Source: Archangium sp.
Lineage (GTDB): Bacteria; Myxococcota; Myxococcia; Myxococcales; Myxococcaceae
NCBI GenBank assembly: GCA_031367385.1
Contig: JANLPS010000312.1
Coordinates: forward strand, 1 to 14,236
DNA length: 14,236 nucleotides
Reading direction: 5' to 3'
Below are positions 1-6,815 of this stretch, in pieces. Each line of letters starts with the position of its first letter. The stretch's first letter is position 1. The notes under the pieces were generated by a model. That model was not told the origin of the DNA and made no database searches. It worked only from the letters and a program-made list of their open reading frames with translations. The translations under genes and the position numbers were made by a program.

Positions 1-242
1 TTACAGGGCCCGCAGAAGCTGGCCATGAACGAGACCACCAGCACCTTGGTCTTCGCGTCGGTTCGATCAGCGCCGACGAAACGGTCGAGCCCGACCGCGG
101 TCTCTCCGACCTCTTTCGAGTTGTAGACCGGCAACCTGAACATCGGCGCTGGCTTGTCGACCACCGCCAGATCTTCGTCGGCAAAGGCGATTGACGCGGG
201 CACGGTGAGCACCACGACCAGAACGGCAATGAGGTTTTTCAT
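1..242 (-). CDS. TlpA/ResA-like thiol-disulfide oxidoreductase (thioredoxin fold), exported; runs off the window start (partial)
   Basis: Not in the ORF track. My translation from ATG at 242 is MKNLIAVLVVVLTVPASIAFA-DEDLAVVDKPAPMFRLPVYN...KVLVVSFMASFCGPC. It has a signal peptide ending AFA, a PAPxFxL segment and a CxxC in TlpA-like context (usually FWASWCxPC). Confidence 0.85.
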   Translation of the reverse strand, partial: MKNLIAVLVVVLTVPASIAFADEDLAVVDKPAPMFRLPVYNSKEVGETAVGLDRFVGADRTDAKTKVLVVSFMASFCGPC

Positions 243-279
243 AGGGGGCAAAGCGATGACACAGGCGAGGAGAGCTGAT

Positions 280-1569
280 TCAACCAGAAATTTCGCGCAG
301 CCAGGTGGGCAACGCATCGACCGCGACCTCGAACTTGTTGTCGGGTGTGTCTGGCAAGTCGAAGTTCTTGAGGCCCAGCTTCTGCGAGGCGTGCTCGGTG
401 TCACCGTAGATGGCGAAGAACCGGGCTCCCACCTTGAGCGCACGTTCCATCTGGCGCTTCATCTTGCCGCCACGCGGGTCGAAATCGACGTGATACCCGG
501 CGTTTCGCAGCTTGGTCACCAGCACAAGCGCCTCATCGCGCATCGGGCCATCGAAAGTACCGATGAACAGCGCGGGACGTGTGGGCTTTCGCGCACCCGA
601 GGCCTCGAGCAACAAGACCAGCCGGTCGAGCCCCATCGCGAACCCGACCGCCGGCTTCTCGGGGCCACCGAGCTCGCCGACCAGGCGATCGTAGCGACCA
701 CCTCCGCACACAGTGCCAGCAGTGCCCAGCGCGTTTTCGCCGGCGGGTTGGTAGACGAACTCGAAGGTCGTGCGCGTGTAGTAGTCGAGGCCGCGCACCA
801 GCGTTCGATCGAGCACGAAGGCGATGCCGAGCCGGGTCAGCAGCTGCTGCACCTCGGCGAAGTGCGCCTTCGAGGCCTCATCGATGAAGTCGACGATCGC
901 CGGAGCCCCAGCGATGAGCTCCGCCAGCGCGGGCTCTTTCGAGTCGAGCAACCGCATCGGGTTTCGCTCGAGCGTCGCGGTCGCCTCGGCAGACAGGGTC
1001 GCGGCGTGGGGAGCGAAATACGCTTTGAGGGCCTGCAGGTACGCCGGGCGAGTGGTCTGATCTCCGAGTGAGTTGAGGTGCAGCACCACGTCAGGCACGC
1101 CGATGCGCTCCAGAAAATGCGCCACCAACGCAATCGTCTCGACGTCTTGCGCTGCGTCGGCGGGGCCGTAGGCCTCTGCGCCGATTTGATAAAACTGACG
1201 GTACCGCCCCGTCTTCATGCGCTCGTAGCGAAACATCGGGCCCATGTAGAACCAGCGGGTCAGCGGTTCTTTGTTGGTGATGTTGTGCTCGATGTACGCG
1301 CGGGCCGCGGGCGCCGTGCCTTCGGGCCTCAGCGTGATCGACCGCTCGCCGCGATCGGTGAACGTGTACATCTCTTTGCCGACGATGTCGGTGCCCTCGC
1401 CCACGCTTCGCACGAAGAGCGCCGTGTCTTCGACGATCGGTGTACGCACCTCTGCGTACCCATACGTCGCGAACACCTCTCGCGCGGTTCGCTCGATGAA
1501 CTGCCACGTCTCGATCTGCGGAGGCAGCAGATCATTCATGCCCTTCACGGCCGCGAATTTCTGACTCAA
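280..1569 (-). CDS. hisS: Histidyl-tRNA synthetase
   Basis: Motifs KGMNDLLP, RTPIVEDTALF, LRPEGTA, GPMFRYER, GRYRQFYQ, LVRGLDYYTRTTFE and GGGRYD, plus a C-terminal anticodon-binding domain. Start moved from 1632 to TTG at 1569, which has GGAG 7 nt upstream and a TTGA overlap with the psd stop. 429 aa. Confidence 0.97.
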   Translation of the reverse strand: MSQKFAAVKGMNDLLPPQIETWQFIERTAREVFATYGYAEVRTPIVEDTALFVRSVGEGTDIVGKEMYTFTDRGERSITLRPEGTAPAARAYIEHNITNKEPLTRWFYMGPMFRYERMKTGRYRQFYQIGAEAYGPADAAQDVETIALVAHFLERIGVPDVVLHLNSLGDQTTRPAYLQALKAYFAPHAATLSAEATATLERNPMRLLDSKEPALAELIAGAPAIVDFIDEASKAHFAEVQQLLTRLGIAFVLDRTLVRGLDYYTRTTFEFVYQPAGENALGTAGTVCGGGRYDRLVGELGGPEKPAVGFAMGLDRLVLLLEASGARKPTRPALFIGTFDGPMRDEALVLVTKLRNAGYHVDFDPRGGKMKRQMERALKVGARFFAIYGDTEHASQKLGLKNFDLPDTPDNKFEVAVDALPTWLREISG

Positions 1570-2411
1570 ACCTTGGCTCCGATTCGCTCGCCCAGGCGCA
1601 CCGCGCTGCCGGGGGCGAGCGTGTCTGACCACCTGATGCGGCCCTTTTCGAAGAGCAGAATGACCGTCGACCCCATCTCGAACATGCCGATCTCGCCGCC
1701 CTTTTCGATCGGTATGGCCCGCTCGTAGGTGTGGACAGTGGCCTTGCCACCGGTGTGGGTCACGATGTCGTCGTAGGCCGCGTGAATGCGAGACACGCAG
1801 GTCGCTCCGACCGCAACGTACGCGACCGAGCCGAACTGCGGAGACGACAGCCAGGTCACCAGCCGCTCGTTCAACGAAAACAACGCGTCTTTGAGCCGCA
1901 CCGACGCTTGGTTCACCGGCCAGAATTCACCGGGCAGGTAGGTGTAGCCGGTCACCATGCCCGCGACCGGGGCGTGAAAGCGGTGGTAGTCGCGCGGCGA
2001 CAAATAGATGGTCGCGAACTGACCTCCCTCGAAGGCCAATGCGCGGCGGGCATCGCCGACCAGCTTGTCGACCGGAAACGAGAGCCCCTTCGCTTGCAGA
2101 CACCGGCCGCCTTCGATGGTGCCGAGCTCGGAGATCGCGCCATCGCAAGGGCTTGCGACCACGTCAGCGCCCATGTCGATGGTGCGCGAGCCGGGCTTGA
2201 GCTTGCGGGTGAAAAACGCAGCGAACGTGGGGTACTCGACGATCGAGCGCTCGGCCTCATCGAGGTCGACCCGGTAGCGTTTGGCGAACACGCGCATCGC
2301 GGCCTGGTGCAATTTGCTCGGAGCGGGGGCTCGGGTGGCCAAGCCGACTGCCGACGAAAGGGCAGATTTCGGCAACAGCCTCATCAGGGTCATGAACGTC
2401 TGGTCTCGCAT
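1566..2411 (-). CDS. psd: Phosphatidylserine decarboxylase proenzyme
   Basis: FFTRKLKPG, SPCDG, QAKG, YLSPRDYHRFHAP, NER, and the self-cleavage motif (M)GST in FEMGSTVILLF. 281 aa. Confidence 0.95.
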   Translation of the reverse strand: MRDQTFMTLMRLLPKSALSSAVGLATRAPAPSKLHQAAMRVFAKRYRVDLDEAERSIVEYPTFAAFFTRKLKPGSRTIDMGADVVASPCDGAISELGTIEGGRCLQAKGLSFPVDKLVGDARRALAFEGGQFATIYLSPRDYHRFHAPVAGMVTGYTYLPGEFWPVNQASVRLKDALFSLNERLVTWLSSPQFGSVAYVAVGATCVSRIHAAYDDIVTHTGGKATVHTYERAIPIEKGGEIGMFEMGSTVILLFEKGRIRWSDTLAPGSAVRLGERIGAKV

Positions 2412-2417
2412 GATGCT

Positions 2418-3377
2418 CTAGCGTTGGTTCGAGTCTGGAGTCACTGCAGTGCTGGGGTCAGGAGGCGGCAGCGCACTGTTAACGCCCGAGGGGAGCGAAG
2501 CCCCGGGAATGAACGCGGGTGGCGGCGGCGAGAGCTTGGGGGCCGCCTGGGTGCTTTCACCGACCAGCTTGCCGTCGGTGAACACGTACGACTTGACCAC
2601 GTCGTCACCTGCGCCACCGAACTTGTCGGTGCACTCTTTGGTCTTCTTGACCGCGAAGGCTTGGCTTGGCGTCTTCGCGCCGGGCAGCGTGACGTCAGGC
2701 GCCGCGCTCATGCAGCTGCCGAAGTTCTTCATGAACTCGGCGCTGCTCATGCCGCCATGCGGTTTGTCGGCGTCGGGCTCGCTGCGGGTGGCTTCACCGA
2801 AGAGCTTCTCGTCGATGAACACGAACATCTTGGTGAAGCGCTCGCTGCCGCCGAATTGCGCCTGGCAGTTCGCGGTCTTTCGCACCGCCAACGCCCTGCC
2901 CGCCCTGGGCGCGCCGGGTATCAGCACGTCGTCCGTCGCGTCCATACAGGCGCCGAAGGCGGTGAGAAACTTGTCGAAGGGCATGCCCTTTTGCGGGCTG
3001 AACCCGGCGTCTTTCGCCGCGACCATGACGACCGTCGCGGGTATCGCGGGGGCCATCGGTGTCGAGGGCACGTAGGCCGGAGGCGCCAGCACGGCCACTG
3101 GCTTGGCCAGCTCGGCTTTTTCGCGAGCCACCCGAGCGCGTTCTCCTCCGATGGTGGTGAGCAGGGCCTGGGCCTGGGTGGCCTCTTTGGCCTTGGCTGG
3201 CACGCTTCGCAGCAGGGCCTCGATCTGATTCATCTCATCGTCGTCGTACGCGTCATCGCCGAGCCTGGCGGTGATGACCGAGTACCGGCCTTGCGCATCG
3301 TAGAACTCGCGAGACGACTTCTTGTGGCAGGCGGTCGCGGCGAACAGGCAGACGATCAGAGCGAATCGACGCATCAT
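2418..3377 (-). CDS. Hypothetical lipoprotein with a helical N-terminal region, two tandem ~68-aa two-Cys domains and Pro-rich linker/tail
   Basis: ATG at 3377 (or 3374) gives MMRRFALIVCLFAATA-C, a basic N-region, hydrophobic stretch and lipobox-like Cys. The stop is 6 nt upstream of the psd start. The internal duplication is visible in the translation. Confidence 0.8.
   Translation of the reverse strand: MMRRFALIVCLFAATACHKKSSREFYDAQGRYSVITARLGDDAYDDDEMNQIEALLRSVPAKAKEATQAQALLTTIGGERARVAREKAELAKPVAVLAPPAYVPSTPMAPAIPATVVMVAAKDAGFSPQKGMPFDKFLTAFGACMDATDDVLIPGAPRAGRALAVRKTANCQAQFGGSERFTKMFVFIDEKLFGEATRSEPDADKPHGGMSSAEFMKNFGSCMSAAPDVTLPGAKTPSQAFAVKKTKECTDKFGGAGDDVVKSYVFTDGKLVGESTQAAPKLSPPPPAFIPGASLPSGVNSALPPPDPSTAVTPDSNQR
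2547..2987 (-). repeat. Intragenic tandem domain duplication (2784-2987 and 2547-2753)
   Basis: GMPFDKFLTAFGACM...CQAQFGG...VFIDEKLFGEAT aligns with GMSSAEFMKNFGSCM...CTDKFGG...VFTDGKLVGEST. About 31/69 identities by hand alignment with one gap; both copies keep C-x26-C. Confidence 0.9.
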
Positions 3378-3417
3378 GGGCGAAAGTTGGGCTCGATTCG
3401 GGGTCGACCGCAAGCTT

Positions 3418-4149
3418 TCAAACGCCGAGAAACAAGCGTTTGCCGAAATTGAGCGCCAGATCGGCGTCGAAGATGCGCTGGGCCGACTTTTCGATGTCGT
3501 ACTCGACGCGCATGTACTCGACGGTTCGGGTCTCGGTGTCGTGAATCACGAAGCACGCGCGGTTGTCGTAGTCGCGCGGCTGGCCGACCGAGCCGACCGA
3601 GATGATGTACTTGTAGCCTTTGCGAATGCCGAACTTCTGAGCGACGACGTCATTCACTTCGCCGCTGCCGATCGCGAAGGCTTTGCAGAGGTGGCTGTGG
3701 CCGATGAAGGTCACCTCGGGCAAATCGCCCGAGAACGGGGTGAGCTCGCGGGCCTGCTCGAGCGCGAAGATGTACTCGTATGAGCGCGGCTCGAGGGGTG
3801 AGCCGTGGCAAAAGCCGACCTCACCGATTCGGTACGTGTACGGCAGGCTGCGCAGCCAGGCGAGGTTCTCATCGCTGATCACGCTCGCCGACCAGTCGAG
3901 GGCGTGGCGGGCGGCGTCGTAATAAAACGAATAATCCATTCGGCCTGAAACGGCCGCGTCGTGGTTGCCGAGCAGCGTGACCTCGGCGTTTTGACGCACG
4001 ATCTCGCAGCAGGGGTTGGGCGACGCGCCATAGCCGACGATGTCGCCGAGCGAGACGATGCGGTCGACCTTCGATTTTTCGATGACTCGAAAGACCTCGG
4101 TCAGCGCTTCAATGTTCGAGTGAATGTCAGAGATGATCGCGATGCGCAC
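3418..4149 (-). CDS. Metallophosphoesterase (calcineurin-like superfamily, YfcE/MJ0912-like)
   Basis: Complete metal-binding motif set DIHSN, GDIVG, GNHD, CHGS and GHSH, followed by SVGSVGQPRD and RVEYD. GTG start. 243 aa. Confidence 0.92.
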   Translation of the reverse strand: MRIAIISDIHSNIEALTEVFRVIEKSKVDRIVSLGDIVGYGASPNPCCEIVRQNAEVTLLGNHDAAVSGRMDYSFYYDAARHALDWSASVISDENLAWLRSLPYTYRIGEVGFCHGSPLEPRSYEYIFALEQARELTPFSGDLPEVTFIGHSHLCKAFAIGSGEVNDVVAQKFGIRKGYKYIISVGSVGQPRDYDNRACFVIHDTETRTVEYMRVEYDIEKSAQRIFDADLALNFGKRLFLGV

Positions 4150-4161
4150 GGGCCGGGCACC

Positions 4162-4503
4162 TTACCCTGGTGAGCTGAGTTGGTGGCGTTCTGTTTCGAC
4201 CATTTGGCGAATGGCGGCGCGGCGAGATTCATCGACCTCTTCGAACACCAGGCCCATGCCAGGAGGCCCGCCCTGCCCTTCGACCCGAGACCAGACGACG
4301 CGCGCGGTGGCTTCGATCGGTTGTTCTCCGCCGAAGCGAACGATGGCCCGGGCGCCGCGTTCGAGTGGAGTGCTGGTACGCAAGAAAAGTCCGCCCTCAC
4401 TGAGGTTGCCGATGCGGGCGTACACGGTGATGTTGTCGCCCTCACACCAACACCGAAGCCGTGAGGCGACGCGGTGGTATTTTCGATGCTCAGCAGCAGA
4501 CAA
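4162..4503 (-). CDS. Stand-alone PilZ-domain protein (putative c-di-GMP receptor)
   Basis: RKYHR (RxxxR), NLSEGG ([D/N]xSxxG), ARVVWSR and GMGLVFEE. Probable start is TTG at 4503 with GAGG 6 nt upstream, rather than 4596. 113 aa. Confidence 0.9.
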   Translation of the reverse strand: MSAAEHRKYHRVASRLRCWCEGDNITVYARIGNLSEGGLFLRTSTPLERGARAIVRFGGEQPIEATARVVWSRVEGQGGPPGMGLVFEEVDESRRAAIRQMVETERHQLSSPG

Positions 4504-4663
4504 ATTCGGCCTCTTTGACTCCCCCGGACTGTGGCGATGGTAAAGACCTGCGTTCGCGAAGGTCAAGGCCGGTGTGGTGGTTGAATTTACTGACACCCGC
4601 GCACATCAAAAATGGGTCGCTCCGCGTTCGTCAGAACGCTCTACAGTTACCGCGGGGCTCGCG

Positions 4664-5032
4664 ATGACTACTCCAAGACCACTGCGCTACCGCTGTGAGC
4701 TGTTCGGGCACTTCGAGACCCAGCAGCACCAGGGCTGCGATGTGCGCGTGCTCGAGCTGTCAGAGAGCAGCGCGTTCATCGAGCACTCTGATGCCACCAT
4801 GGAGGTGAATGTCGGAGACGAGGCCTCACTGCTGATCGCCCTGCCCGGCGGTGACCCGTGGTCGGTGAGGGTCAAGGTGATGCGCTTCGGGCGATCGAGG
4901 CGAGATGTGAAGCATGCGCGGGTCGATCACGTGACGGTCAGCGCGCTGGGGTTTGGGCTCGAATTCGGCGACTTGCCCGACGAAGAGCTCGAGCGGGTGC
5001 GCGACTACTTAGAGCTCTTGGACGCCCGCTAG
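4664..5032 (+). CDS. Degenerate PilZ-like protein
   Basis: ATG at 4664. VRVLELSESSAFI lies at the DxSxxG position, followed by VRVKVMR and a typical PilZ C-terminus GFGLEFGDLPDEELERVRDYL. It fills the gap between two real genes. 122 aa. Confidence 0.75.
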   Translation: MTTPRPLRYRCELFGHFETQQHQGCDVRVLELSESSAFIEHSDATMEVNVGDEASLLIALPGGDPWSVRVKVMRFGRSRRDVKHARVDHVTVSALGFGLEFGDLPDEELERVRDYLELLDAR

Positions 5033-5685
5033 CCCGACCGGGTTCTCTTCGCGCTGAAGTCATAGATTTTTTCAATGGCGATCTGCCGGTACCGCTCGAC
5101 CTTCATCGATCTGAGCGCCGCGTCCCAAATCAGCTCGAGCTCAGGCTCGCCGGCTTTGCGCCTTCGGTGTGCCTCTTGACGCAACAAGGGCCCGGCCTGC
5201 CGCGGGTGCCAGCAGTACGACGGCAAGAAATAGTGCTTGTCGTTGAGCGGCAAAATACGCAGCTCGAGCACGTCACCCACGCTCAGGCCCATCAACGTTC
5301 TTCGCTCGGTGATGTCGACGTCGACGCCGGTGAACAGCGAGCGCATGCGCACCTCGTGCACCGCCAGCCGCTTGACCTCGAACAACCCGTGAATGGTCTC
5401 GGTGAACGCGCGAAACGCCGCGGCCCGCTGTGGCGTCTCGGTCTTCAGCGACAGCTCATACCGCGCCCGCGCCGGAGTCTGCCCCAAGGCCGGCGAGACC
5501 CGATCACACACGTAGTGCTCGAGAAACGCGGCCATGCGCAGCTCGAGCTGGCGGTCATCGTCGAACACCTCGCCGGTCTTCTCGAACCAGGCGGCCTTCG
5601 CCGCGATGACGTCGGGCTTGATGTCGTCGGGAGTCGCCCAGGTCACCAGCTCATCGAACACTGGTTGCGGCAGCGGCTCGCTCAT
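5029..5685 (-). CDS. Hypothetical protein, translationally coupled to carA
   Basis: ATGA overlap with the carA stop and globular composition. The segment GLFEVKRL...RSLFTGVDVDITER...GDVLELRILP resembles a beta-rich module seen in uncharacterised SEC-C-associated proteins (tentative). 218 aa. Confidence 0.8.
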   Translation of the reverse strand: MSEPLPQPVFDELVTWATPDDIKPDVIAAKAAWFEKTGEVFDDDRQLELRMAAFLEHYVCDRVSPALGQTPARARYELSLKTETPQRAAAFRAFTETIHGLFEVKRLAVHEVRMRSLFTGVDVDITERRTLMGLSVGDVLELRILPLNDKHYFLPSYCWHPRQAGPLLRQEAHRRRKAGEPELELIWDAALRSMKVERYRQIAIEKIYDFSAKRTRSG

Positions 5686-6815
5686 CGGGCCAACGGCACG
5701 CCGGCCATTAAATCGGCGAAGCGTTGAAAGAGGTACCGCGCGTCGTGGGGGCCGGGTGAGGCCTCGGGGTGGTACTGCACGCTGAACGCTCGCTGCTCGG
5801 GTACCGAGAGCCCTTCGACGGTCTGATCATTCAAGTTGATGTGGGTGATGATCGCCTTGCCCTTGACGCTGGCGTCGTCGACCGCGAACCCGTGATTCTG
5901 CGCCGTGATCTCGACCTTGCCGGTCGAGAGATCTTTGACGGGTTGGTTCGCTCCGCGGTGACCGAACTTCATCTTGTAGGTCTTGCCGCCGAGTGCGAGC
6001 GCGAGAATCTGGTGCCCGAGGCAGATGCCGAAGATGGGCACCTTGCCGAGCAGCGCGGCGACCGTGGTGTCGGCGCCTTTGACCGCCGCCGGGTCGCCAG
6101 GGCCGTTGGTCAAGAACACACCATCGGGCTTGAGCGCGAGAATCTCGGCCGCGGTCGCGCCGGCAGGCACCACCGTCACCTTGCACCCGACGTCGACCAC
6201 GTATTGCAGCATCGCCTTCTTGAGGCCGTAGTCGACCGCGACCACGTGGTACTTCATCGGTTTTCGCGCCACGGCGCGTTCGCCTTCGCCGAGCACGTCA
6301 GGCGTCGCGGTCGTCCACTCGAAGGCGCGCTTGACCGAGATGCCGCTGGCCAGATCTCGGCCCTCCATGCTGGGCGCCGCTTTGGCCTTGGCGATCAACG
6401 AAGCCACCGGAGCGCCGGTGGTCGAGATCACGCCCATCTGCGAGCCATGGGTGCGCAAATGTCGTACCAGCCGCCGGGTGTCGAGACCCTCGATGCCGAC
6501 GATCTTCCACCGGGCGAGGTAGCTGCTGAGCGATTCTTTGGCGCGCCAGTTCGACGGCTCCGAGAACTCGCGAACGATCATGCCGACGGCGTGGGGGTGC
6601 TCTGATTCTTGATCGTCGGGGTTGGTGCCGACGTTGCCCATGTGGGGGTACGCCATGGTGACGATCTGCGCGACGTACGACGGGTCGGTGAGAATCTCCT
6701 GGTACCCGAACATCGAGGTGTTGAAGACGACCTCGCCAATGGTTTCACCTTCGGCGCCAAAATTGTCGCCTTCGAACGTCGTTCCATCGGCCAGGGCCAG
6801 CACAGCGCGCTTCAC
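5682..6815 (-). CDS. carA: Carbamoyl-phosphate synthase small subunit (glutaminase)
   Basis: GEVVFNTSMFGYQEILTDPSY, NGPGDP, GICLGHQ (catalytic Cys), QNHGFAV and VQYHPEASPGPHD. The GTG start overlaps the upstream stop (GTGA). Confidence 0.97.
   Translation of the reverse strand: MKRAVLALADGTTFEGDNFGAEGETIGEVVFNTSMFGYQEILTDPSYVAQIVTMAYPHMGNVGTNPDDQESEHPHAVGMIVREFSEPSNWRAKESLSSYLARWKIVGIEGLDTRRLVRHLRTHGSQMGVISTTGAPVASLIAKAKAAPSMEGRDLASGISVKRAFEWTTATPDVLGEGERAVARKPMKYHVVAVDYGLKKAMLQYVVDVGCKVTVVPAGATAAEILALKPDGVFLTNGPGDPAAVKGADTTVAALLGKVPIFGICLGHQILALALGGKTYKMKFGHRGANQPVKDLSTGKVEITAQNHGFAVDDASVKGKAIITHINLNDQTVEGLSVPEQRAFSVQYHPEASPGPHDARYLFQRFADLMAGVPLAR

Noticed and set aside
154..1728. Plus-strand ORFs 154-1071 and 1078-1728
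   Set aside because: Antisense to hisS and psd, with no recognisable domain.
1731..3452. 573-aa plus-strand ORF
   Set aside because: Antisense shadow of psd and the lipoprotein; Arg/Gly-rich with no motifs. Long antisense ORFs are expected at high GC.
4504..4663. Possible c-di-GMP riboswitch or sigma54 promoter between the PilZ genes
   Set aside because: No GEMM consensus (GGCAAA...GAAA...CGCAAA) on either strand. The best GG...GC candidate (TGGTAAAGACCTGC) has 9-nt rather than 10-nt spacing.
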